This document shows positions 1-10,636 of a stretch of 64,000 bases of DNA, piece by piece. This DNA is from an uncultured Chloroflexia bacterium (GTDB lineage: Bacteria > Chloroflexota > UBA6077 > JACCZL01). A program made the position numbers and the translations under genes. The first letter of the stretch is position 1; every line of letters begins with the position of its first letter. The notes below the pieces were generated by a model. It worked only from the letters and a program-made list of their open reading frames with translations. It was not told where the DNA came from and did no database searches. Where the stretch lies: NCBI GenBank assembly GCA_963765765.1, contig CAVXYC010000020.1, positions 288,001 through 352,000 on the forward strand, given 5' to 3'.

Positions 1-454
1 TACGATCCAACGTTTCCACAACACGTGAACCGTCAACGCGCTTGATCGTATCGGTAAGGGGAAGAACGGGAACCGCAGCACCAGACGCCTGAGCGGCATC
101 CAATCCAGCTGAGACCAACGCCGCTGAAACCAGCGGTCGAGCTGCGTCGTGAACGACAACCCATTCCAAGTCTGGCAACGCCAGGAGGCCGGCCATGACC
201 GAATCTCGGCGCCTGGCACCGCCGGACACAACCGTGGCCTCGATGCCGAGCTCCGTAATGAGCGCTTCCACACGTCCTGTTGTCTCCGACGTCGCCACGA
301 CCACCATGTGGTTAGGCTGCGAACGAGCTATCTCGAGCATGGACCAGGCCAGCACTGACCGTCCTTCCAGTTCGGCCCATAGCTTGTCGAAACCCATGCG
401 CTCCGAGCGGCCCGCGGCGACGATGATCGCTCCGATGGCTCCACCGGTTGTCAT
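1..454 (-). CDS. ispD: 2-C-methyl-D-erythritol 4-phosphate cytidylyltransferase (3' end runs off the window)
   Basis: Not in the ORF track. Manual translation from ATG 454 gives MTTGGAIGAIIVAAGRSERMGFDKLW...GGARRRDSV...VVVHDAARPLV...TDTIKRV, the IspD motifs. ATGA overlap with the radA stop. Confidence 0.92.
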   Translation of the reverse strand, partial: MTTGGAIGAIIVAAGRSERMGFDKLWAELEGRSVLAWSMLEIARSQPNHMVVVATSETTGRVEALITELGIEATVVSGGARRRDSVMAGLLALPDLEWVVVHDAARPLVSAALVSAGLDAAQASGAAVPVLPLTDTIKRVDGSRVVETLDR

Positions 455-1830
455 TGGTCTCTGGGTTGATTCACCAGGGCCGCGCGGACGGCGTCCCTCA
501 GCGTGGTGACGGGAATCGTCTCAATTGGCAGATTGGCTGGTGCATTGCGCAGCGAGCCGCGCGAGATGATGGCTCGCGTGAATCCCAGGTTGGCAGCCTC
601 CCGCAAACGGCGCTCGATCTGTCCGACCGATCGGAGCTCGCCAGAGAGTCCAATCTCGCCGGCGACGATCAAGTCTGGATCGATCGCAACATCCCTGAGG
701 CTCGAGACCACCGCCAACGCGACGCCGAGATCCGCGGCAGGCTCGTCGATGCGCATCCCGCCAGTGATGTTTACGTAGACATCCTGATCATGCACTGGAA
801 GGCCGAGTCTCCGATTGAGAACGGCCATCACGACCAGGAGACGGTTGAAGTCGATGCCGTTCCCAGTGCGTCGAGGGACGGCAAGCGCGCTCTTTGCGAC
901 CAGTGCCTGAATTTCAACAAGCACCGGGCGAGAGCCTTCCATGGTAGCGACGACCGAGGTGCCTGGGTTGCTGGCGTCGCGCTCAGCAAGAAATGCGGCG
1001 GAGGGGTTGTCCACTTCCACCATTCCCTCACCACGCATCTCAAAGACGCCCACCTCGTTTGTCGCACCAAATCGATTTTTCGTGGACCGAAGCAATCGGT
1101 ACGCCTGGAACCGCTCACCTTCGAGATAGAGGACAGCATCGACCATATGCTCCAGAACCTTGGGGCCCGCGATGGCGCCTTCCTTGGTGACATGCCCGAT
1201 GAGCACGACTGCCGTCCCGCTCTCTTTTGCGAATCTGGTCAATCGCTGGGTGCACTCGCGAAGCTGACCCACCGCGCCAGGCGATGAGTCCAGCTCAGCC
1301 GAAGCGGTGCTCTGAATGGAGTCGACGACGAGGAGCGTGGGGGACGCGTGCTCCGCGGACGCAATCATTGCATCTAGATCAGTCTCGCCTAGAAAGAGCA
1401 GCTCAGCGGCATCTAGGCCCAGACGACGAGCCCGCATAGCAACCTGCCTGGGCGACTCTTCTCCGGATATGTACAGCACCGGCCCGGCGCGCAGGGCGAC
1501 GTCGCTCGCGATCTGCATGAGCAACGTGGACTTTCCTATGCCGGGATCGCCGCCGACCAGGACCATCGATCCCCGAACCAACCCGCCGCCGAGTACGCGG
1601 TTGACCTCGGGCATCTCGAGAAGGATCCGATCCTCCTCCGCTTCCTCGATATCGCGGAGCGGGCGCGGAACTACCCGGCGAGCGACAGACGCTCGTCTCG
1701 CGGGCGTACTCGCCTGGTCGATCTGCTCCACGAGTGTGTTCCACTCGCCGCAGTCATTGCACCGCCCCATCCACTTCGTAGACTTCGCGCCGCATTGCTG
1801 GCAGAGGTATTCCGTGCGGGCTCTTGCCAA
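451..1830 (-). CDS. radA: DNA repair protein RadA/Sms
   Basis: CxxC..CxxC zinc finger, GDPGIGKST Walker A, KNRFG motif, Lon-like C-terminus. Start placed at TTG 1830 (GTG 1839 is an alternative), downstream of AAGGAG. Confidence 0.96.
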   Translation of the reverse strand: MARARTEYLCQQCGAKSTKWMGRCNDCGEWNTLVEQIDQASTPARRASVARRVVPRPLRDIEEAEEDRILLEMPEVNRVLGGGLVRGSMVLVGGDPGIGKSTLLMQIASDVALRAGPVLYISGEESPRQVAMRARRLGLDAAELLFLGETDLDAMIASAEHASPTLLVVDSIQSTASAELDSSPGAVGQLRECTQRLTRFAKESGTAVVLIGHVTKEGAIAGPKVLEHMVDAVLYLEGERFQAYRLLRSTKNRFGATNEVGVFEMRGEGMVEVDNPSAAFLAERDASNPGTSVVATMEGSRPVLVEIQALVAKSALAVPRRTGNGIDFNRLLVVMAVLNRRLGLPVHDQDVYVNITGGMRIDEPAADLGVALAVVSSLRDVAIDPDLIVAGEIGLSGELRSVGQIERRLREAANLGFTRAIISRGSLRNAPANLPIETIPVTTLRDAVRAALVNQPRDQ

Positions 1831-1964
1831 ACCGTTCACTTGCTCCTTCCGCTGGGATAAGGACCGGAAACACTTGATTCCAACACCCCAACCCGCTCCC
1901 ATGGGATGGGGTGCCTATCAAGCAACTCCTATTCTGGAATGTCGATCACGGGCGGACGAACATA

Positions 1965-1997
1965 GAAAACGAGCCCGCCAGACTGGCGGGCTCGTTT
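1965..1997 (-). terminator. Intrinsic terminator after clpC
   Basis: Minus strand AAACGAGCCCGCCA-GTC-TGGCGGGCTCGTTT-TCT: GC-rich stem ending in a U-rich tract. Confidence 0.8.
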
Positions 1998-2019
1998 GAC
2001 ACTTCAGCTACGCAGCGCC

Positions 2020-4481
2020 TCAGGCGCTCTCGACGAGCTCACCCTTGGCTTCCATCACCAACCCGTCCTCGCCCTTCTCGACGACGATGGTTTGACCTGG
2101 CTTGTACTGCCCGTGCAGGAGGCCTTCGGAAAGTGGATCCTCAATGTGATTCTGGATTGCTCGACGCATTGGTCGGGCGCCATAAATCTGATCGAAGCCT
2201 ACTTCCACCAGGTAGTCCTTAGCCGCGTCAGTCACCTCGAGTGTCATCTGCTGCTCGGTGAGCTGGTTTTGCACTCGCACCAGCAGGAGATCCACAATCG
2301 AGCGGATCTGCTGCACACCAAGTGCACGGAAGACGACCGTTGCGTCGATGCGGTTGAGGAACTCGGGTCTGAAGAGCTTCTTCATCTCCGAGAGGACTTT
2401 GTCCTTCATCCGATCGTACTGATCGGATTCCTGCTTGACCTGATTCCGTGGAATGTCGAAGCCCAGGACGCTCTCACGTCGGATCAGCTCAGCACCAACG
2501 TTCGAAGTCATGATGATGATCGTGTTACGGAAGTCAACCTTGCGGCCCTTGGCATCCGTCAGACGACCGTCGTCCATAATCTGGAGCAGGATGTTGAAGA
2601 CTTCAGGATGTGCCTTCTCGATCTCGTCCAGCAGGATCACTGAGTACGACTTACGCCGCACGGCTTCAGTGAGCTGACCGCCCTCCTCGTACCCGATATA
2701 GCCAGGAGGTGCACCGACCAGCCTGGCGACCGAATGTCGTTCCATGAACTCCGACATATCGATCTTGACCATCGCTTCTTCGCTGCCGAACATGAATTCG
2801 GCCAGAGCGCGAACGAGCTCAGTCTTACCAACGCCGGTAGGTCCCAGGAAGATGAATGAGCCGATAGGACGGCGAGGGTCCTTGAGCCCCGCCCGTGCGC
2901 GGCGGACAGCCTTGGCAACAGTTGAGATCGCCTCATCCTGCCCCTTGACACGCCCCTGCAGGGCATCTTCCATCTGAAGCAGCCGAACCGACTCTTCCTC
3001 GGCGATTCGCATCACCGGGATCCCCGTCCACATCGCCACAACGTGAGCAATGTCTTCGGGAGTCACAACAGCCTTCTCAGTGTTCTGCTGTGCTTGCCAG
3101 CCGGTTTCGAGCTTCTCCAGCTTGGTACGAAGCTTTGACTCTTGATCTCGATAGTCGGCAGCTAGCTCATACTGCTGCGCTGAGATGGCTGATTCCTTCT
3201 CGTTCTTGACCGCCTCAAGGCTGCGGTAGACATCGCGCATGGTAGGTGGGGCACTGGCACGCTGCATTCGCACGCGCGACGCTGCCTCATCAACCAGGTC
3301 GATAGCTTTGTCAGGCAGGAAGCGATCGGGCACATACCGCGCGGCAAGCTCAGCCGCGGCCTTCAGCGAGTCATCGCTGATCTCCAGCCGGTGATGCTGC
3401 TCGTAGCGCTCCTTGATACCCCGCAAGATCTCGACCGTCTCTTCCACGGTTGGCTCTTCCACGAGCACGGGCTGGAAGCGCCGCTCAAGCGCCGCGTCCC
3501 GCTCAATGTACTTACGGAACTCGTCGAGAGTCGTCGCTCCAATCGTCTGCAGCTCACCACGCGCCAAGGATGGCTTGAGGATATTCGCGGCATCCACCGC
3601 TCCTTCAGCCGCGCCAGCTCCAACGAGCGTATGAAGCTCGTCAATGAACAGCACACAGTTGCCGGAGTTTTTGACCTCTTCGATAATTTTCTTGAGGCGC
3701 TCCTCAAACTCACCACGATATTTCGTACCAGCGACGAGTGAACCGATGTCAAGGGTGAGCAGCCGCTTGCCCAACAACGTCTCTGGCACATCGCCACTGG
3801 CAATGCGTTGCGCAAGTCCCTCAACAATCGCAGTCTTGCCGACGCCAGGCTCGCCGATGAGTGCGGGATTGTTCTTCGTTCGACGAGAGAGGATCTGGAT
3901 GACCCGCTCGATCTCCTTAGCACGGCCGACGACCGGATCCAGCTTCCGGCCCGCGATGCCGCGGTGAGATCCATTCCGAGCTGGTCGATGACCGGTGTCT
4001 TGCTCGAGTGACGCGACTCCTGCTGTGAATAAGCAGCAGACTGGTTCAAGACGTAGATGACCTGGCTGCGGACTTTATCTAGCGAGACGCCCAGGCTCTC
4101 CAGGACACCGGCGGCGATGCCCTCGCCCTCCCGCACCAGGCCGAGAAGAAGATGCTCGGTTCCGATGTAGTGATGGTTCAATCGTCGAGCTTCATCTACG
4201 GAAAGCTCAATGACTTTCTTGGCCCGAGGAGTCAGGCCGATGTCACCCGTAACCGTGCGATCGCCGCGACCGATAATGAACTCCACGGCGCTGCGCACCT
4301 TGTTCAGCTCAACGCCGAGGTTGGCGAGCACCTTTGCGGCGACGCCCTCACCTTCGCGCACGAGTCCGAGCAGGAGATGCTCAGTCCCTATGTAGTTATG
4401 GTTGAACCGCTGCGCTTCTTCCTGTGCTAGCTGGAGCACCTTGCGCGCGCGTTCAGTGAATTTATCAAATCGGTCAGGCAT
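2020..4481 (-). CDS. clpC: ATP-dependent Clp protease ATPase ClpC (1-nt frameshift near 3946, probably a sequencing error)
   Basis: ORF 3363-4481 gives two Clp-N repeats ([11 protein letters not shown] x2). One added base restores [38 protein letters not shown], joining ORF 2020-3789 with its UVR domain and second AAA (GPTGVGKT). Confidence 0.95.
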
Positions 4482-4551
4482 TAGTTGGCCTCTCTATCCT
4501 GCGCTTAACGAGCCACCGACCGCTCATCGACGTGGGTCGAGGATTGTCCCA

Positions 4552-4557
4552 ATTATA
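4552..4557 (-). promoter_or_regulatory. Probable -10 box (TATAAT) for clpC
   Basis: Perfect TATAAT about 70 nt upstream of the clpC ATG in GC-rich DNA; no good -35. Confidence 0.5.
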
Positions 4558-4633
4558 CATGCGCATGAACCGCACCGACGGATCTTTTTCGATCGTCGGC
4601 GGACCCAACTTCGGAAGCGGGACCGAGGAGGGC

Positions 4634-6106
4634 TCAGGCGTCAGCGACAGCGGCAGTCGCCTGCTGAGCAGATTCGTTCTTAACCGCGGGCTCCGCCTGG
4701 CTATTGGCGCCGGGCTCCGACTCACCGCTCTCCAGTGGCTCATCTGCACGGTCGGCCATAGGCGCGGCGACACTCTCGCTGTCAGCGGTGCCTAATGCGC
4801 TTGTTGGCTCGGCAGTCGACTCTGTCGATTCGACCGCTGCTTCAACTTGCGCGGGCGCATCCGCTTCCGCGGGCGCATCAGCATTGACCTCTGTCGGCTC
4901 TGTCGCGATCGCTGTTACCGTGGGAGCAGGCTCCAGTTCGTCCTCGAAATCGAAATCGCCGCTGGACTGCCGTAGGCTCAAGCCGAGACGGTGGCGTGCC
5001 GCGTCGATGCGGATGATCCGCACGGGGACGGTCTCACCTTCGCGTACGACCTGCTTCGGATGGGCGATGCGCTCTTCCGAAAGCTCTGAGATATGGATAA
5101 GTCCCTCAATACCTGGCTCCACCTCGGCAAAGGCACCAAACGGAGCAAGCTTGGTGATCTTGACCCGAATCTCCTGTCCAACCTGGTAGTTCTCCGCCAG
5201 GAGGGCCCACGGCTCTGGCTGCAGCCGCTTCATGCTCAGCGCGATCTTTTTCCCGTCACGATCTACGGAAAGAACATGCACCTTGACTTTCTCACCGACT
5301 TTAACCAGGTGACTTGGATGTGCGACCTGGCCCCAGGACAGCTCGGAAAGATGCACGAGACCATCTGCGCCGCCAAGATCGACGAACGCACCGAAGTCGC
5401 AAACACTACTCACAGTGCCTTCTCGCTCATCACCCTGCTGCAGCTCCTGCAGTAGCCGTTCTTTGTCTCGCGCACGCCGCTCCTGCACGGTGGCACGTTC
5501 TGACAGAATCAGCCGGTTTCGGCGGCGCTGGAGCTCCAACACGCGCAGAAGCATCTTGTTACCGTGCATCGCGGTAAGCTGCTCGTCCGCCTCTTGCTCA
5601 GAGCCGACTCGCTTGACATCAGAAATCTGTGAGAGCGGAACGAAACCGCGGACTCCGAATACGTTGACGACGAGTCCACCACGGTTGTGGTTGACAACCT
5701 CGCCCTCGATCGATTGTCCGGATTCAAAGACCTGCTGAAGCTCGCGCCAGCCTTGCTCGGCCTGCGCACGCGTCAGCGAAAGGACGGCGTGCCCCTCTCG
5801 GTTCTCGGGTGTAATCACGGACGCGGTGATCGTGTCACCAACCGAGGGAAGATCTGGAGTCTCCCCTTCACCGTGAGGGATCTCATTCAACGGCACCACG
5901 GCTTCTGCCTTGGCGCCGATATCCACGAGAATCTCGTCCCGATTAACCTGGACGACGACCCCTTCTACTACTTCTCCTCGACGGAGACCGCGGAACGGCC
6001 GCTCACTCTCTGCGAGCAAGTCTTGCATGTCTGAGCCGTTGTCGATAGCGGCAACCTGTTCAGAGGGAACGAAGGCGGAATCGCCCGAATCAATGGGCAC
6101 GTGCAC
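4634..6106 (-). CDS. rpsA: 30S ribosomal protein S1 (four S1 repeats, long acidic/Ala C-terminal tail)
   Basis: Repeated S1 motifs (GFVPLSQI, DFGAFVDLGGADGLVHLSELSW, PFGAFAEVEPGIEGLIHISEL). Start codon uncertain. Confidence 0.93.
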   Translation of the reverse strand: MHVPIDSGDSAFVPSEQVAAIDNGSDMQDLLAESERPFRGLRRGEVVEGVVVQVNRDEILVDIGAKAEAVVPLNEIPHGEGETPDLPSVGDTITASVITPENREGHAVLSLTRAQAEQGWRELQQVFESGQSIEGEVVNHNRGGLVVNVFGVRGFVPLSQISDVKRVGSEQEADEQLTAMHGNKMLLRVLELQRRRNRLILSERATVQERRARDKERLLQELQQGDEREGTVSSVCDFGAFVDLGGADGLVHLSELSWGQVAHPSHLVKVGEKVKVHVLSVDRDGKKIALSMKRLQPEPWALLAENYQVGQEIRVKITKLAPFGAFAEVEPGIEGLIHISELSEERIAHPKQVVREGETVPVRIIRIDAARHRLGLSLRQSSGDFDFEDELEPAPTVTAIATEPTEVNADAPAEADAPAQVEAAVESTESTAEPTSALGTADSESVAAPMADRADEPLESGESEPGANSQAEPAVKNESAQQATAAVADA

Positions 6107-6131
6107 TCACAAATATCGAAGGATGTTGTGA

Positions 6132-6159
6132 ATTATACCGTTCAGGGGGTGAATGGCAA
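6132..6159 (-). promoter_or_regulatory. sigma70-type promoter of rpsA
   Basis: Minus strand TTGCCA (6159-6154), 16 nt spacer, TATAAT (6137-6132). Confidence 0.7.
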
Positions 6160-6234
6160 GCGTGGCCCGCGGACGACTGTGGGCGACCGAGGAGAACCGT
6201 CAGCGGGCTTCTGATGCGGTGAACGTCCGTGGAA

Positions 6235-6834
6235 TCAGATCGGTCGACGACCCTCTAACGCGCTCGCCAGGGTGACATCATCGGCATACTCGAGGTCGCC
6301 ACCGGCGGGGAGACCGCGGGCGATACGACTCAACTTCACGCCGAGCGGACGAAGCAATCGAGCCAGATACGCGGCAGTTGCCTCCCCTTCAACGTTGGGG
6401 TTGGTGGCCAGGATAACTTCCTCAACCACTCCATCGCTCAATCGGCGCAAGAGTTCCGAGATTTTCAAGTCGTCCGGCCCCACGCCTTCCATCGGGGAAA
6501 TGGCTCCGTGAAGCACATGGTATTTCCCTCGGTACTCGCGACTTCGCTCAATAGCCAGGATGTCCAGCGGCTCTTCAACCACACAGATCAGCGAAGCATC
6601 TCGTCTATCGTCGCGGCATATCGGGCAAGGATCGACGTCTGTGAGATTGTGACACACAGAGCACAATATCGTGCGTTCTTTCATGTGCACGAGCGCATCG
6701 GAGAGCCGAATAACCGACTCCTTTGGCTGTCGAAGCAGAAAGAATGTCAGCCGCTGAGCTGTCTTCGGCCCGATGCCGGGCAAACGAGCAAGCTCTTCAA
6801 TAAGACGCGCGATGGGCTCAACCGTGGCTGCCAT
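6235..6834 (-). CDS. recR: Recombination mediator RecR
   Basis: [12 protein letters not shown] HhH, C4 zinc finger, [32 protein letters not shown]. Confidence 0.97.
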   Translation of the reverse strand: MAATVEPIARLIEELARLPGIGPKTAQRLTFFLLRQPKESVIRLSDALVHMKERTILCSVCHNLTDVDPCPICRDDRRDASLICVVEEPLDILAIERSREYRGKYHVLHGAISPMEGVGPDDLKISELLRRLSDGVVEEVILATNPNVEGEATAAYLARLLRPLGVKLSRIARGLPAGGDLEYADDVTLASALEGRRPI

Positions 6835-6848
6835 GAAGAAAGACTCGG

Positions 6849-7148
6849 CTACATCCCGGGGAGTTTGAGGCCACCAGTAATCGCACCGAGCTGCTGGGCC
6901 GCGAGCTCCTGCGCTTTCCCCAGCGCTTCGTTGACTGCCGCCGTGACCAGATCCTGCAGCATTTCGACATCTTCTGGATCCACGACTTCAGGATCGATGG
7001 TCACGGACTTCACTCGAAGCTGACCGTTAACGGTCACTGACACGGCGCCTCCGCCAGCGGAGGCTTCAACTGTCTGCGCCTCTAGCTCTTCCTGGATCTT
7101 GTTGAGACGCGCCTGCATCTGGCGCATCATGTTCTGGTTCGGCATCAT
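6849..7148 (-). CDS. ybaB: YbaB/EbfC nucleoid-associated protein
   Basis: [12 protein letters not shown]...[18 protein letters not shown]; conserved dnaX-ybaB-recR order. Confidence 0.93.
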   Translation of the reverse strand: MMPNQNMMRQMQARLNKIQEELEAQTVEASAGGGAVSVTVNGQLRVKSVTIDPEVVDPEDVEMLQDLVTAAVNEALGKAQELAAQQLGAITGGLKLPGM

Positions 7149-7269
7149 GGTGCTGACTCCTCAGTAACCCTGGCATATTCATCATAACGTGGACAGTGCT
7201 CTGCGACCACCGGTTCAGACGAATTCGGGAATCGGCCGACACGCCGAGCGTCCGACCACCACCAAACCA

Positions 7270-9078
7270 CTACTCTTGCTCATCGATCACCAGGGCTTCG
7301 CCGCCAAAAATCTCCAGCGCGGCGCGCACGACCGGATCATCAATCGCTACGGCTGAGGGATGCGGCCGCTGCTCTTCCTGTGCCGGTCGACATTCGATCC
7401 GAACTGAGGCCCCCACGACTCTCGACCAGACGTCCTCGATGGTCCGGCGCTTTGCCTGCTCGAGGATCAATCGCACGTGAAATGCGTACGGAACCCCGAG
7501 CGTAATCGTGGCACCATCAACGGTCATAGGCTGGGCGGCATCCAGCACCGCGCCCAGAGGGCCATTCTGACTCCCGACTGCATCAACCACCGCACGCCAC
7601 GACCCCCGCACACGATCCAGAGTGAGCGGCTCGAACACTGCGGGCTCAGGCGGCATATCTTCGTTAGAGTCGGATGCTGGTTCAGGTGAGGCAATATACG
7701 CCACCGGCGGCGTTGGCCGGGGACGTGCGTGGCTGGGACGAGGCGCGTCAGCAGGCTTCGACGAGATCGGATCGGTCGAGCCTGGCGGCTCCGTCTTCGA
7801 CCCAGTGCTCGCGGCAGTTGTCGTTTCAACTTTCGTGGGGGATTTGGGAGGGGACTCAATGGGCGCAGGTGGTTTGGTCCGTAGGCTACGCGACTCGTTC
7901 GACGCTGCGGGTGGACGTATGGGCGCCGGCGATGCGGGCGGCTCTGCCACGTCATCCCGCAACGAAACGAGCTCAGCGAAGAGCAGCTCCACTTCAAGGC
8001 GAAGCCGGTGGGTTTCGCGCACCCGCATGAGCGCTTCAGCCAGGCCACGGGTCAGCGTCAAAAGCTGCTGGCGTCGCCATGACCTTATCTCGTCCTGAAG
8101 CCAGTTGACTGTCTCGGTGCCCAGGTCATGCTCGAGCACGCCGGTAGCTCCGAATCCCGCAAGCAGCAAGCCGCGCGAATGCTCAAGGAGCTCTTCGATG
8201 AGTAGTCGCATGTCCACGCCCAGGGACACTGACTCATCTAACAAATCTAATGCTCGGCCAAGATCACCTCGACCCAACGACGAGAGCAGATCTCGCGCGG
8301 TCCCAGCCGGCGGCAGACCAAGAACAACTCGGGCGTCATCCTCATGGATGCTTGTCCCGCAATACGCACGAAGCTGATCTAGAAGACTTATTGCGTCCCG
8401 CATCCCGCCGTTGGCGAGGCGAGCCAGCGATTCAAAGACGCCATCGTCGACTTCGAGCGACTCGCTCTCAGCAATAGCCCGAAGTCGCCCCGTCACTGAC
8501 TCCAGAGGCAAACGGCGGAAATCAAACCGTTGACAGCGCGAGGCGATAGTTGCCGGGACACGGTGCGATTCAGTTGTGGCCAGCACAAAAATGATGTGCG
8601 GAGGGGGCTCCTCCAGGGTCTTTAGAAACGCGTCCCATGCATCCCTTGTCAGCTCGTGGGCCTCATCGACGATATAGACGCGGTATCGTCCTTCGACTGG
8701 CGAGAAGTGAACCCTATCCCGAAGGTCGCGGATATCATCGATGCCGCGATTGGAAGCGGCGTCCATCTCGATGAGGTCAAGAGAGCGCCCTTCATTTGCC
8801 GCCACGCACAGCCCACACTGGTCGCAGGGCTCGCCATCCACAGCGTTCAGACAATTGGCGGCCTTGAACAAAATGCGGGCAATGCTGGTCTTTCCAGTAC
8901 CGCGCGGTCCCGAAAACAGATAAGCATGCGCAAGTCGACCGCTAGCCGCCGCGTTCTTGAGCGTCCGTACGGCGTGTTCTTGCCCCACCACCTCAGCGAA
9001 AGTGCTTGGTCGCCAGCGAAGGTACAGAACGCGTCGATCAGCGGCGCGCGTCAGGGAATCATCAGAAGCGTCAGGCAC
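7270..9078 (-). CDS. dnaX: DNA polymerase III subunit gamma/tau
   Basis: LYLRWRP..F.EVVGQ, GPRGTGKT, zinc module, DEAH, LEEPP, SRC motif, Pro-rich linker. Confidence 0.96.
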   Translation of the reverse strand: MPDASDDSLTRAADRRVLYLRWRPSTFAEVVGQEHAVRTLKNAAASGRLAHAYLFSGPRGTGKTSIARILFKAANCLNAVDGEPCDQCGLCVAANEGRSLDLIEMDAASNRGIDDIRDLRDRVHFSPVEGRYRVYIVDEAHELTRDAWDAFLKTLEEPPPHIIFVLATTESHRVPATIASRCQRFDFRRLPLESVTGRLRAIAESESLEVDDGVFESLARLANGGMRDAISLLDQLRAYCGTSIHEDDARVVLGLPPAGTARDLLSSLGRGDLGRALDLLDESVSLGVDMRLLIEELLEHSRGLLLAGFGATGVLEHDLGTETVNWLQDEIRSWRRQQLLTLTRGLAEALMRVRETHRLRLEVELLFAELVSLRDDVAEPPASPAPIRPPAASNESRSLRTKPPAPIESPPKSPTKVETTTAASTGSKTEPPGSTDPISSKPADAPRPSHARPRPTPPVAYIASPEPASDSNEDMPPEPAVFEPLTLDRVRGSWRAVVDAVGSQNGPLGAVLDAAQPMTVDGATITLGVPYAFHVRLILEQAKRRTIEDVWSRVVGASVRIECRPAQEEQRPHPSAVAIDDPVVRAALEIFGGEALVIDEQE

Positions 9079-9083
9079 GCCCC

Positions 9084-9089
9084 ATTATA
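9084..9089 (-). promoter_or_regulatory. -10 box directly upstream of dnaX (possible leaderless mRNA)
   Basis: TATAAT-GGGGC-GTG: only 5 nt between the -10 box and the start codon, leaving no room for an SD. Confidence 0.55.
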
Positions 9090-9269
9090 CGGAGGAGGGG
9101 CCAGGCGGATCGGCGCATATTCTGGAGGAGATGGCGATATCGTCGGTTGAATTGACACGGGGTACGAGCGCTCCCCCCAGCCGTCCCCATGAGGCGGCTC
9201 AGGCGGACACTGCCATGAGGGCGTCAATTGAGCCCTGCGCCGGGGACGGCCAGATCGTCATCCTCTAGA

Positions 9270-10116
9270 TCATGCCCCGTCTCCGCGCACCGGGAGGGCT
9301 GGCGTGGGGTCATTCTCATCGCGCCGCTTCACAACATCTGCCGCATATATATCAATCGGCAGCTCCCTGACCCTCGCAACAAACGGTGGAGAGCGGAACG
9401 CTCGCTCCAGAACCCGCTCAGAAAGTGTCCGCATCTCGGTGGATGCCGAGTGAACCAATGTTGGAGACACATTGAGATTCACAGTGCCCGGACCAGCCGG
9501 ATCGCTGCAGCACCCTCAAAAGCTTGAGCGTGTCTACCGAAATGGCCCGTCCGCCGGACTCCAGGACCGAGCATGCGGGACACATGACCCCACCGCGCTC
9601 AGGAACCATCATGTTCACCACGGGAAGTAAATCGGATCGGCAGTGGACACAGTGCTGAAGCTCTGGGCGGAAGCCGAACCGGGCCAGCAAGTGAACCTGT
9701 GATTGCAAAGCCGCGAGATCGGGGCGAGGGTGCTTTTCTATGGCGCCGAGGCTATCGAGCAGCGTCTCATACAGCTCAGGCTGAGCAAAAGCATCCGGCG
9801 TCCCTGCATCCAGAAGCTCTGCAATGACGAAGGCATGGGCGGTGCGCTCAATGTCAATGCGAAGGCCCGCATGCGGCTCCAGAATCTGAACCTGGGATAC
9901 AACGTCTAGCTCACGTCCCTGCGCTAATAGGATCTCGCCTCTACTGAACAGCTCGAGATGTCCGGCAAGTCGACTCGTAGGGCGGCGCAAACCTTTGGCG
10001 ATGACCCGTAGCTTGCCTCGCTCGCGCGTATAGACGACGAGGATGCGATCAGCTTCGGAATAGTTGAAGCGGCGCAGCACAACAGCGTCCACCCGCTGTA
10101 ATCGCGTCCTGGCCAT
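9270..10116 (-). CDS. recO: DNA repair protein RecO (1-nt frameshift near 9488, probably a sequencing error)
   Basis: AVVLRR.NYSEADRIL...GKLRVIAKG, CxxC..CxxC. The C-terminus continues in ORF 9270-9482 (LERAFRS) after removing one G from TCCGGGCAC. Confidence 0.92.
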
Positions 10117-10119
10117 GTT

Positions 10120-10634
10120 CTAGAGGTCCTCGAGACCGGGAAGAAGGTGCACAGTCATCGTTCCACCCGTCAGATCCACGTTCAGGATGACATCTGGGAT
10201 GGCTGGCAGAAGACGCTCCCGGTCGCCCTGCTTCACAACGTAGACGTCGTTGCTGCCCGTTTCAAGAATATCCGTGAGTACACCGAGCGCATCGCCCGCG
10301 TCCGATTGAACGTTTAGCCCTATGAGCTGATGCCAGTAGTAGCGGCCCTCGGGCAGCGGGTGGGCATCGGATTCTTTAACCAGGATCCAACTACCCCTGT
10401 GGCGATCTACCTCGGCGCGAGATCGAACGTGCTCGAGTGCAAGCGTGACCGTTCGCGCATCGCAGCGTGCGGAGAGAACTGAGGTCGGAGAGGATGGGTC
10501 ACCGATGAACACGGTAATTCCGGGCTTGAACCGCTCCGGGAAATCCGTGATGAGTTCGCAGACCATCTCGCCGCGCACACCATGCGGCCGAAGCACCCGT
10601 GCGACTGCGAGGAATCCGCTCGGCGGATCCCCAT
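10120..10634 (-). CDS. rimM: 16S rRNA processing protein RimM (apparent missing G just after the ATG)
   Basis: PHGVRGE, YYWHQLIGL, ETGSNDVYVV. ATG 10634 plus one extra G gives MGDPPSGFLAVARV, avoiding a 122-nt overlap with khpA. Confidence 0.9.
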
Positions 10635-10636
10635 GC

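Noticed and set aside
1957-1970. LexA box upstream of radA (CGAACATAGAAAAC)
   Set aside because: Only one half-site matches GAAC-N4-GTTC; the rest belongs to the terminator tail.
6165-6233. Hammerhead-like fold in the recR-rpsA spacer
   Set aside because: Stems can be drawn but the core reads CTGATGC and GAAC rather than CUGANGA and GAAA.
9200-9262. 20-codon minus-strand ORF MTIWPSPAQGSIDALMAVSA after recO
   Set aside because: Short, poorly spaced SD and no recognisable motif; cannot be supported without conservation data.
9079-9269. SRP RNA (ffs/scr) expected upstream of dnaX
   Set aside because: No CAGG..GGAA..AGCAG S-domain signature on either strand.
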